Origin: a virus
Length of the DNA: 64,000 nt
IMG/VR virus record: IMGVR_UViG_3300037245_002163
Coordinates: 1-64,000 of that record
Reading direction: 5' to 3' (one strand)
The notes beneath the pieces were generated by a model. The model saw nothing but the letters and a program-made list of their open reading frames with translations. It was not told the origin of the DNA and ran no database searches. The translations under genes and the position numbers were made by a program. Positions 40,007 to 49,087 of this stretch are shown here, one piece after another (position 1 is the stretch's first letter; each line of letters starts with the position of its first letter).

Positions 40007-40912
40007 ATGCGCGCACTGGTTTTAGGGGGAGGGGGCAGTAAGGGTCCGTATCATTTAGGTGCGATCACTTCGCTGCTTTCGCAGGGATACCGATTTGACT
40101 TGTTCGCGGGGGTGAGCGTGGGGGCGCTCATGGCCGCATACCTAGCGCAGTTCGATGACCGCGATGTGCTCATAGGCCATCGCGCGTTGGTCGATATCAT
40201 GATGCGGCTCAACACGACTGACGTGTGGCGCAATTGGAAGTTCTGGCGTCGCGTCGCCGGCCTTTGGAAGACGAGCATCTACAACTCATCGGGGCTCCAT
40301 GCGCTCATCGAAAAGAGCGTGGACCCAAAGAAGATCCGTGAGAGCGGTAAGAAGCTGCGCATCGGCGCCGTGGATCTCTACAGTCGCGGGTACGAAGTGT
40401 TCGATGAGACCTATGTTCCGCTCAACAAAGCCATCGCCGCCAGTGCTTCACTGCCGTTCGCATTCTCGCCCGTGAGCATGGGCGGGAGCTTGTGGGTCGA
40501 CGGGGGTGTACGCGCCATGACGCCTTTGGCATCGGCTATCGAAGCGGGAGCAACCGACATAGTGGCGATCACGCTACAGCCCAAAGAGGCGAGCTTGAAG
40601 TTCAAAGACAAACCGAACGCGCTCGACATTGGGCTGCATTCGATTGATCTCATGAGCGACGAGATCGTGACGAAGGATATCAAGATCGCGCAGCTCTACA
40701 CGAAGATCAGGGGCCTAGAGCTACAGCTCGCCGGGGCGTGCGGCCATGCGCTCGACCACACCACGAACAAGCGGGCCGTGAAGGTGCTGCACATCCGGCC
40801 GCAGTTCGCCTTGAACGAGGATAGCGCCAAGTTCATGCCCGCCGAAGCCGTTCGCCTGTACCAACAGGGCCAGGAAGACGCTCAGCATGCGGTGTTTTTG
40901 GCCACGCCTTGA
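40007..40912 (+). CDS. Patatin-like phospholipase
   Basis: GGGSKG oxyanion loop, GVSVG nucleophile elbow, ASASLP, VDGG. Confidence 0.93.
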   Translation: MRALVLGGGGSKGPYHLGAITSLLSQGYRFDLFAGVSVGALMAAYLAQFDDRDVLIGHRALVDIMMRLNTTDVWRNWKFWRRVAGLWKTSIYNSSGLHALIEKSVDPKKIRESGKKLRIGAVDLYSRGYEVFDETYVPLNKAIAASASLPFAFSPVSMGGSLWVDGGVRAMTPLASAIEAGATDIVAITLQPKEASLKFKDKPNALDIGLHSIDLMSDEIVTKDIKIAQLYTKIRGLELQLAGACGHALDHTTNKRAVKVLHIRPQFALNEDSAKFMPAEAVRLYQQGQEDAQHAVFLATP

Positions 40913-40944
40913 CTACCTAATCGACCGTCTATTATGCTGGGGAT

Positions 40945-41601
40945 ATGGAGCCCCACTACCCATGGGACGATGAGCCCAACGTCGGCGCGACCGATGCGTA
41001 CGGGTATCGCTGCCGGCTGCGGCGCAATACGGACCTAGGAACGTGGTGCGGCTACGTGGTTATCCCCGCCGATCATCCGTGGTACGGGGTCTCGCTCTCC
41101 GACCTTGACGACGTGCGCGTGCATGGCGGCGTGACCTACTCCGGCGATAATCTGTACGAAGGGGAATGGGTCATAGGCTTCGACTGCGGCCATGCGTTCG
41201 ATCTGATCCCCAAGCTCATGACGGGCGAGCTGGGGAACGAGCCCCCGCTAGGCCCGCAAGGGATCTACCGGGACTACGACTACGCGATGGGCGAAGCCGC
41301 CGCGATAGCGCAGCAAGCGCAGCAAGCCGTGGCCAATCCCGATGACCCGCTCGACCGCAGCGACGAAGAGCTGACGCGTGCGCTCAAAAGGCTCCGCGGC
41401 GAAGTCGTGGCAAAGGCTCCCGAGCCCGGAGCGCCGCCAGAGTACGTGCGGCACCCGGACGAGACCGATGGGGAGTTCAAGCGGCGTATCATCGAAGACA
41501 ATGCCCGCGTCGCTGCCGGCATGGCGCCCCGTAGGCGCCCCAAGCTCTCCGCCGCCGCCGAAGCACGCATCGATGACCCGGAGCGCAAAGACCCATGGTA
41601 G
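40945..41601 (+). CDS. Conserved-type phage hypothetical protein (WCGYV...VHGGVTY...GFDCGH) with SDEEL motif
   Basis: Promoter TTGACT-18-TATGCT-6-ATG. Confidence 0.75.
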   Translation: MEPHYPWDDEPNVGATDAYGYRCRLRRNTDLGTWCGYVVIPADHPWYGVSLSDLDDVRVHGGVTYSGDNLYEGEWVIGFDCGHAFDLIPKLMTGELGNEPPLGPQGIYRDYDYAMGEAAAIAQQAQQAVANPDDPLDRSDEELTRALKRLRGEVVAKAPEPGAPPEYVRHPDETDGEFKRRIIEDNARVAAGMAPRRRPKLSAAAEARIDDPERKDPW

Positions 41602-42299
41602 GGGATAATGACGACACCACGGATCTGAGCGATGCGGCGCTCATGCGACGGCTCAAAAGGCTACGCGGCGAAGACGCACCAGAGCCCGAACCCAAGCCGA
41701 AGCGCGAGCGCAGCGCGTTCGATGGGATCGATCTGGGGATCGCGCCCCCGTATGAGCTGCCCGACTTGCATGAGCATGGGCTCATCGCGATGGATCATGA
41801 AATGAGCCGTTCGGAGCGGCACGATGCGATCGAGCATCGGCTCACGTGCAAGGTCATTCACGATGACATGGCCGAAGAGATTCAGAAGAGCATGCGCTTC
41901 GACCTACGGCTGCACCTTCCCGGCATGTTCCAACATACCAGCGCGGTTGTGTGCGAACGCTACGATGCTGGCACGCGCACGGCCGTGTTCCGGCCCATCG
42001 AAGAGCTGCCCCCGGTCCCGAAGCTCGTGCCCATGCCGGAGCCCACGGAGCCCGTGCTGTTGATCATCGGTCGAAGTGACCGCGCCGAAGAGTTTGCGCG
42101 GGTCCGCAATGTGGCTTGGAAGTCGGTTCGAACGAGCCGCGATTTGCGGGGCCATGCGCCCGGTACGAAGCTGATCGTGCTCGATGAGGGCTACCCGCAC
42201 AGCCCCGAAGAGCTGGAAAAGCTGTTGGCGTTGGCCGCCGACCGCGGCTACGAAGCGGAGATGGTGACCTTCGGCCGCACGTCCCCCTCCGAGTTCTGA
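41595..42299 (+). CDS. Hypothetical protein with N-terminal LSD..L..RL motif
   Basis: 234 aa. Confidence 0.7.
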   Translation: MVGDNDDTTDLSDAALMRRLKRLRGEDAPEPEPKPKRERSAFDGIDLGIAPPYELPDLHEHGLIAMDHEMSRSERHDAIEHRLTCKVIHDDMAEEIQKSMRFDLRLHLPGMFQHTSAVVCERYDAGTRTAVFRPIEELPPVPKLVPMPEPTEPVLLIIGRSDRAEEFARVRNVAWKSVRTSRDLRGHAPGTKLIVLDEGYPHSPEELEKLLALAADRGYEAEMVTFGRTSPSEF

Positions 42300-42396
42300 T
42301 TATCCTTTGGTTGCGGTGGTGGCTTGGGAGCCTTGTCCGCTTCGTTTAGTTCCCCCCATTTGCTCATACTTCATAGTCTGGCGTACGATGAGCCGT

Positions 42397-42786
42397 ATGG
42401 CCTCAGAAGAGAGCACTGTTGACCTGAGCGACGAAGAGCTGACGCAACGGCTTCGACTCGCGCGTGGGCAGAGTGCGGTGCGGGCTGCCACGGCCGACTC
42501 GATTGCCGATCAGCTTCGCAAGGGAGCCGACGCGATGAAGATCCGCGGCGTGAGCATTGACTCCGTGCTCATCGATGATCCGATCAGGGATATCGATCTC
42601 GTTCCGCTGCCGTCGATTACCGACCCTTACGACCCGAGCGTGTACGAACACAAGATCGAGCCCTATTGGGGAACGAGCACGGGGCGAATCACGACGCCGT
42701 ACGTTAGCCACACGGATATTGACGTGAAGGTGAGCGCCAACAGCACCGACCTACGCTTCGACAATTGCACCGGGGAAACGAAATGA
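42397..42786 (+). CDS. Hypothetical protein with N-terminal LSDEEL motif
   Basis: Start at ATG 42388 or 42397; TACGAT upstream. Confidence 0.65.
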   Translation: MASEESTVDLSDEELTQRLRLARGQSAVRAATADSIADQLRKGADAMKIRGVSIDSVLIDDPIRDIDLVPLPSITDPYDPSVYEHKIEPYWGTSTGRITTPYVSHTDIDVKVSANSTDLRFDNCTGETK

Positions 42787-43789
42787 GCGTCGAAGACCGC
42801 AGAGTACGCGACGCCGCTATCGAGTTAGCCGAAGCCACGCTCGACATGCTGAGCCGCCGCAACGCCCATCCGGTGTTGCACGTGAAACGTGCTTATCGCG
42901 CCGAAGTGACCGCGCTCAAAGAAGAGCAGTTCATGGTCAAGCTCATGACGTACCAACAGCGCAAGCGGCGACTGACGAGCGAAGCCTCAAAAGACCGTGT
43001 ATAAAGCCCGCGGGGGCCATGGATCTGGAGACGTTCGTAGAGCACGCGGCACGTTATGCCGCGTTGCAAAAGAAGCTCACTCGTAAAGCGTTGCTGCAAG
43101 CGATTGACGGGCGGGATAGTCTGCACCCGGAGGACGCGGATCACTTGGCTGACTTTCTCGATGAGATCAGTGCTGACTTGAGCGATGAGGGGGAGACCCT
43201 TCGACTCGCAGAAGCGGTGCGCGGAAGATAACCCAGCCATGGAACCGAACGACCTTCGATGCTTGGTGACAAACAACGCGTGCAGCGCGGATTGCACGTG
43301 CGTCAACTGCCAGCTTCACGCGCAGTTCAATCAGCATTTCAGCGGTACGGCGAGCGGACCCCATGAGGCGCCAAAGGATAATGAGCCTGAGTGGTGGGAG
43401 TTACCGGGGGGTAGCTTGTGAGTGTGCAGAGCGCCTTCGACAAGTTGAACGCCCGCCGCATCGCCCTTGTCGTCCGTAAGCTGGACGGTGGGCTCGATGC
43501 GGAGCACACGGCGGAGCTAGAGGCCGTGACGGTGCGCTGCGATGCGGTGGTCAACGCGCTGTTCCCCGTGCCGAGTCTCGAAGAGATTGGGAAGCGTCTT
43601 GGCCTTGCCGGGCTCGAAGACCGGGAAGACCGCCAGCTCGAAATGCTCTTCGCATGTGCGCCACCCGATTGCTCATGGTGCGGAGCCCCGCATGAGGGAG
43701 GGCCGGAGTGTTGCGAGGATAATGAGCGGAGCGAGGGGCCAGCCGGGGGAGCCGCTGAGAGCCAGTGCAGCCGAACGGGACCGTCCTAA
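42783..43789 (+). CDS. Four small hypothetical genes (42783-43004, 43019-43231, 43239-43421, 43418-43789)
   Basis: Packed same-strand ORFs with overlaps or SD sites. Confidence 0.6.
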
Positions 43790-44203
43790 ATGGGCCGAAA
43801 GAAGATATCTACGACCGTTTATGTGGAACCTGAGCAAGACATTGCGCTCAAAAAGCTCCGTGATCGCACGGGTATTCCGATGGCCGTGCTCATCCGTGAC
43901 GCCATCGATACGATGCTCCGCCGCTGGGAGAACGAGCATGACGTGCTCGACCACGTGGATCAGCTTGTGGCTGAGAAGCGCAAAGAGGCCGACGATGCGC
44001 ACCGCCACGCCGATATCATGGTCGAAGAGCTGGACGTGCTGGCGGAGCACTGCCGGCAAGTCGAGTCAGAGCGCGATCAGTGCCGCAATCTGGTCCAGCA
44101 CTACCGTGGCGCGCTCAGAGGGGTCCAGGGCCGCCTGAGCGACCTTCTGACGGCTTCGCCGAGCTTCTACCTAGACCAAGACGATGAAAAAGAAGAGCCC
44201 TAA
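43790..44203 (+). CDS. Ribbon-helix-helix DNA-binding protein with coiled-coil tail
   Basis: KKISTTVYVEPEQDIALKKLRDRTGIPMAVLIRDAIDTML. Confidence 0.85.
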   Translation: MGRKKISTTVYVEPEQDIALKKLRDRTGIPMAVLIRDAIDTMLRRWENEHDVLDHVDQLVAEKRKEADDAHRHADIMVEELDVLAEHCRQVESERDQCRNLVQHYRGALRGVQGRLSDLLTASPSFYLDQDDEKEEP

Positions 44204-44205
44204 GC

Positions 44206-44391
44206 GTGGCTGATAGGCCCCCGCGCGAAGATATCCTGTTGGAGCGTATCGAGCGGGCCAAAGAGGCCCTTGTGCGGCTACGCTCCAACTGCGCCCAACA
44301 AGTGGCTTTCGTCGAATCGCTCGAAGAGACCTACACGAAGTGGTTCGGCGACAAAGAGGATACCAAGCCTCAGAAGCTCCCCGAACGCTAG
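44206..44391 (+). CDS. Hypothetical protein
   Basis: 61 aa; last gene of the plus-strand run. Confidence 0.55.
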   Translation: MADRPPREDILLERIERAKEALVRLRSNCAQQVAFVESLEETYTKWFGDKEDTKPQKLPER

Positions 44392-44552
44392 GCGTAGCGC
44401 CCCTTGAACCACGTGTGGCATCCGCAGTGCTCACAGACGGCGGGATTGGTGACGACGTGCACGGGCTTCTGGCACGAGGCGCAGCGAGGGATGGGACGGT
44501 AGCGAGGCCGGCGAACCTTGCGCACGAGCCAAAACAGCAACCGACCCCCCAT
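44388..44552 (-). CDS. 54-aa zinc-ribbon peptide
   Basis: Hand translation MGGRLLFWLVRK...CASC...CEHC...KGRYA. Confidence 0.5.
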   Translation of the reverse strand: MGGRLLFWLVRKVRRPRYRPIPRCASCQKPVHVVTNPAVCEHCGCHTWFKGRYA

Positions 44553-44577
44553 GAATCAAGGGTGTCATAAGCCGCTG

Positions 44578-44684
44578 AAAAAATCCTTGGCGTCGCCCGT
44601 GCGGTGAATCTGATCCCGTGTGAGGGGGTCACGCTGAACCCGACCCTGTTTTTGCGCTGCGGGCGATCACCAAGGAAGGGGAAT
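44578..44684 (-). ncRNA. Putative ~107-nt sRNA
   Basis: TTGACA(44714-19)-17-TAGGTT(44691-96) promoter, no ORF, closing stems TCCTTGG/CCAAGGA and TCGCCCG/CGGGCGA, ends in T6. Confidence 0.7.
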
Positions 44685-44809
44685 GACCGTAACCTAAGCG
44701 CCGCCCAAGGTAGTGTCAATATCCCTTAGCAGCTCGACACAAGCGTGGCGATGATGAAGCCGGCGGCCATGGTCAAGCCGAATGCGGTTTCGAGGTCCAC
44801 ACTTGAAGG

Positions 44810-44938
44810 CTACGTGATCACGCACCCGACCGCAGCGGCGCCGAGCACTGCGCCCAAAAGACTTCCGCTCATGAGGTAGAGCGAGACGAGCGTAAAGCCC
44901 AAGCACGTCAATCCACGAAATGGTCGATTCATAATCAT
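44810..44938 (-). CDS. 42-aa hydrophobic peptide
   Basis: MIMNRPFRGLTCLGFTLVSLYLMSGSLLGAVLGAAAVGCVIT. Confidence 0.45.
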   Translation of the reverse strand: MIMNRPFRGLTCLGFTLVSLYLMSGSLLGAVLGAAAVGCVIT

Positions 44939-45002
44939 CCCCAAGCCCCCTGCGGACACACGCTAGCATGCGGTACACTCACTCGCTGGGGGGACACAAC
45001 CT

Positions 45003-45092
45003 ATGCTTACCGATGAACGCAACGGGCTCGCATTGCTCATGATCTCAGGGATGGTCGCGCTCGCGTACCAAACCGTCGCAGTAGGGTGGTGA
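45003..45092 (+). CDS. 29-aa hydrophobic peptide
   Basis: MLTDERNGLALLMISGMVALAYQTVAVGW; GGGGGA SD. Confidence 0.45.
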   Translation: MLTDERNGLALLMISGMVALAYQTVAVGW

Positions 45093-45099
45093 CGCCGGC

Positions 45100-45339
45100 T
45101 TAGTGCGTGGTCCGTATATCCCCGGTCTCGATGAACGCGAGCGCCAGATCGTCGGAGCATCCTTCGGCGAAAAAGCGTTCTGCGCCATTGAGACCGGGGC
45201 GGAACAAGAGCCATCCATGAGTGGTGTAGCGGGCGAATCGGTCGCCCTTGATGGCGCTTACGTGACGAAAACCGACGTGTAAATGCGCATCCGCTTCGCC
45301 GAATGCGGTACGGAGTTGCGCGAGTCGATCAGGGGACAT
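45100..45339 (-). CDS. Hypothetical protein
   Basis: AAAGGA SD; 79 aa. Confidence 0.6.
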   Translation of the reverse strand: MSPDRLAQLRTAFGEADAHLHVGFRHVSAIKGDRFARYTTHGWLLFRPGLNGAERFFAEGCSDDLALAFIETGDIRTTH

Positions 45340-45438
45340 GGGGGATCGTCCTTTCGATGTTCATGAGCGCATTGTTTGCGTGTGTCGTCCAGTACGTGCT
45401 GTAAGTTCGCGCGATCATTTGGCAACCCCCACACCCGA

Positions 45439-46017
45439 TTAGAACAGGTGGGCTTTTGCAGTGCGCACGCGAAACTTCGGCGCTCCGTTGCGGCGTAACA
45501 CGACTTCGGTCACGCCGGCAGCGATGGCGTCTTTATCACGGGCGACCGCCACATCCGTGGCCCATTCCCAGCGCGTGAGCGAGGGTGAGGGGTCACGGTA
45601 GTCGCACCAAAAGTGCAGCCCTTCGACCGCGAAGATGCACACGACGTGCCCCTTGCTCTTCTGGCCCTCGCGCCCGTACCAAACGGTGCCGAGCCATGCG
45701 GCGCTTGCGAGCCCGCTTTGCAAGAGCGCCGTACACCAATAGAGCGCGTGATCATCGCAGTCCCCAAACTCCGTGTCGCCGGCATTGATCTTTGCCTGAA
45801 ACTTGCCGGGGCACATGAGCACATCGAGCACGCCCTTGATCGGATCGGGGCGCCAGTGCTGTCCCCATTTCAAGGCTTCGACGATCTCCCGCGTGGTGTA
45901 GTAGTGGTCGAGGTCGGGCCATCGTCGCCAGCCAGTGAGCCATTGGGTGAGCCCGTACCAAAGCGGCACGAGCCAGTAGAGGCGCTTGTAGAAAAAGCGC
46001 ACGAGCTTGTCAGTCAT
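45439..46017 (-). CDS. Transglutaminase-like/papain-fold cysteine peptidase
   Basis: GDCDDHA...GHVVC...WCD catalytic triad pattern. Confidence 0.7.
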   Translation of the reverse strand: MTDKLVRFFYKRLYWLVPLWYGLTQWLTGWRRWPDLDHYYTTREIVEALKWGQHWRPDPIKGVLDVLMCPGKFQAKINAGDTEFGDCDDHALYWCTALLQSGLASAAWLGTVWYGREGQKSKGHVVCIFAVEGLHFWCDYRDPSPSLTRWEWATDVAVARDKDAIAAGVTEVVLRRNGAPKFRVRTAKAHLF

Positions 46018-46039
46018 TGTGAATCCCCCTGAGCGTAGG

Positions 46040-48017
46040 TTAGCTCTTGCGGGGCGTTGCCCGCCACGGGCTAGGCCCGATCGTGTCGACGTGCTCTTGT
46101 TGCGTGAAGGTGCACAGAGCGTCGGGATGGCGGTTGTACCAATCGAAGACTTCGCGGATGGGGTGGCCTACGAAGCGTTTCGTGGCCGGGATCGAACGGT
46201 ACACATGGCCAAGCACGACCACGAAATCGATGTTCAATTCGTGTGTTTGGAAGTTGGCGACTCCCGTGAAGCTAGACCAGCCAAGCAAAGGGGTACGCAT
46301 GCTCCGATTACTAACCCAAGCGCCCCGTGCTCACCAGTTATTGTGGGGAAAGCGTAGCGCAAAACAAATGCGCAGAATGGGTTCGTGGGTGCGAAGCCAG
46401 GTGGAGCATTCCACATCGGTCCAGTCATTGGGCATGTACATGGAACACTTGCCCACGGGCAAGTGCAGAGCCCGCGCCCGTAGCGTGTAGCGCGTCGTCA
46501 TGGGGATATCGGGGAGCATGGCTTCTGCGATGAAGCGAGGCGACGGCTTGTCGGGCTCGATGTATTCGTACAGCTCCCCGTGCGGCTTTTCGAGCACTAG
46601 GATGCGCCGGTCATGGCGCACGGCGATGAAGCGGGGCTGTTGGTGCTCGATGAGGGAAGGGACCATTATCCTTAGTTGTCTTGGGCAGCTCTTTCCGCGT
46701 CCAGATCGTCGGCCCATCGGATGAGCCTGAGCCCGAGCGCGCGAGCCTTGCGTGTCGTCATGTGGAACGTGTGCGGCGTCCCGTCTTTGGTTTTCAGTTC
46801 CAAGCCCACGATGGGCTGGTCCGCGGGAACAATATCGTTGGGGTCTGCGGGGATCTTGTCAGCCATTATCCTTTGCTTTCGGTTTCGGGGTTCACGTCGT
46901 GCGCATCGCTAGCTTCGGGGTTCAAGCACGGCTGCCCTTCGGAGATGCACACGCCGTCAAGGATCTGTTCGATATCGATGCCCACGCCGCGCCAGCTTCG
47001 GTACGCACTGGTATACGCCGTGCCGTGTTCGTTGCGCACGCGTGCTCGCCAGCGCCCGGTGCGTGTCCGGTACAGCAATATCTCCGCGTTGCTCATGATT
47101 ATCCCTTGCTTGCTTTGCATCGCACGATCGCCACGATCTCATCGCCGGGATACCATGTACGGGTCTCTTGGAAGTACGCGCCGTCGTCCGCTTCGAAGCG
47201 CATCGTCACGAGCACGTAGAGCCCGGCGAGCTGAGTCACGCCGTCTTCGCCGTGGTAGTCGCCGACCTTGATCACTTCGGTCACACGGTGAACGCCTTCG
47301 ATGGCGTCGCCTTTGCACAGCTTACTCGCTCTGACGTTGCGCATGGTTGTCGACTGTGAACGCGGGGGCTTCGAGGATAACCGAATCGCCGGGTGTCGAG
47401 CACCACGCTACGGCGAGCAATAGCCAAAGGAACACGTGAAGGTCAAGCGCCATTGCGCTCTGCGGCGATCTCTTCGGCGCGTAGCTTCACCTTCACGGCG
47501 CACGGATCGCACAAGCATGGCGACTCCCATTTGCCGTCCATTTCCATGCGCATGCACACGGTGGCGCCGCCTATGCCGCACACTTCGCAGTCTTCGGCCT
47601 CACGCAACCGTACGAAGCTCCGGCGCAGATCGTTGGCGTGTTGCTCCGTGCCGAGTGTGAAGCCCACGATCAACGGGATGGCGAACAAGGTCGCATCCTC
47701 TTTCATTATCCCCCGCGCTTCGGCTTCGGGGCTTTCGTAGCGGATAACCCAGCCGCGCGCTTTCACCATCGCGAGCACGTGCTCTGCGATCTCATAGATA
47801 TCACCCACCGCTATTATCCTCGCTGCACCGCTACGAGCGTCGCCGGGTCCATGAGGGTGCGCTCGCCGGTCTCCGTGGTGATCAGGATCTTGCCGCCGCG
47901 AAAGCTCACGTCCGTGATTCGCGAGTATCCTCCGGTAGCAACCATGATACGCACGGCGCGCGTTAGCTCGCGCGCTTCGATGCGATCGGTGGTGGGCTTC
48001 TTATCGAGTAGGTGCAT
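46040..48017 (-). CDS. Run of small hypothetical genes (46040-46300, 46331-46666, 46672-46866, 46866-47096, 47099-47344, 47443-47808, 47814-48017)
   Basis: Packed minus-strand ORFs; most junctions are formed by GGATAAT. Confidence 0.6.
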
Positions 48018-48019
48018 GA

Positions 48020-48577
48020 TTATCCTCTAGGGGCGGTAGGTGGTAGCTCATGGGCTTTTTGGGCTTCGCGCAGCTCCCGCACAAGCGCGGGAACGACGTA
48101 CTTGCGGAGCACCATACGAGCTTTGGCATCGGATGGCGTCAGCTTGCGAAGCGTGAATCGGATGACCCGGTGAACGCGCTTCACGTGTAGCAGGGCGATG
48201 GCAGTTTGGCCGAAGTAGGCCGGGGGGAAGGCGCCGCTTTCGCGCAGCTCAAAGTCGAGCCACTGGCCCCATTGCGACTGAGTGTCGACGCACTTGCTGC
48301 GGATGGTGCCGGCCGTCCATCGGGGATCGTCCGCGAAGCCGATGCTGTAGGTGGCCACGCATGCCGTGTACGCCAGCTCTGAGCGCAGCGCCCGCTCACG
48401 GTAGAGCACGGGGATGCGATCGTAGTTGGGGCCGGCAGCGTCGGCGCTGTCTTGGTACTGGCGCTTGGCATCGGCGAACGCCCACACCGGAGCTTGCGCG
48501 AGCACCGGAACCGCGGGGGCTCCGATGGCCAGCCAAAGGATAATGGTGGTGGCCAGCTCGATGCGTTGGCGGGTCAT
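48020..48577 (-). CDS. Exported hypothetical protein (signal peptide)
   Basis: Hydrophobic N-terminus ending VLA/Q. Confidence 0.65.
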   Translation of the reverse strand: MTRQRIELATTIILWLAIGAPAVPVLAQAPVWAFADAKRQYQDSADAAGPNYDRIPVLYRERALRSELAYTACVATYSIGFADDPRWTAGTIRSKCVDTQSQWGQWLDFELRESGAFPPAYFGQTAIALLHVKRVHRVIRFTLRKLTPSDAKARMVLRKYVVPALVRELREAQKAHELPPTAPRG

Positions 48578-49035
48578 GACGCGGCTTTGGTTTCAGCGTC
48601 GCGTAGTAGCGCCTGGAGCACTTCGATCGGGCCGGTCGCGTCTTGTAGCGTTTGCGCACGGCCTTGGCTGTAGCCGCGATCGTAGCGATCGGTCTCTTCG
48701 CGTGCGTCGCGTTCGGAAGCGATGCGCTCCGTGGCCATGCCGTCCAGAACGTCGGCAAGGGTCTCGCGCATGCGCACAAGGTCGTCGACTGCGATCGTGG
48801 CGGTCGTCACGGGGATCATCCATCCGTAGCCGACTTGCTCTTGGTAGTCGTCTTCCCCGATGGCGTTGCACATGCCGGAGCCGTAGCGCCCGCACTGGTA
48901 GTCAGCGCGATCCGCTTCGATGCGCACCTTGCGCACGGCCTTGCCGTTTTTGTCGCGGGCCACGATGCCCAAGTGGGTCGTGTAGTTGTAGTCGTAATCG
49001 ATGTGCGCGGTGGTGTAGCGGATAATGGTTTCCAT
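48574..49035 (-). CDS. Hypothetical early protein
   Basis: ATG follows the conserved leader. Confidence 0.75.
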   Translation of the reverse strand: METIIRYTTAHIDYDYNYTTHLGIVARDKNGKAVRKVRIEADRADYQCGRYGSGMCNAIGEDDYQEQVGYGWMIPVTTATIAVDDLVRMRETLADVLDGMATERIASERDAREETDRYDRGYSQGRAQTLQDATGPIEVLQALLRDAETKAAS

Positions 49036-49087
49036 GGTCTTCGTTCCCTTCACCTAGAGTGTACGGCACGCCGTATACGGCCGTCAA
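49036..49087 (-). promoter_or_regulatory. Early promoter/leader cassette, copy 3
   Basis: TTGACG-18-TACACT; CCGTATACGG in spacer; TGAAGGGAACGAAGACC-ATG. Confidence 0.85.
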
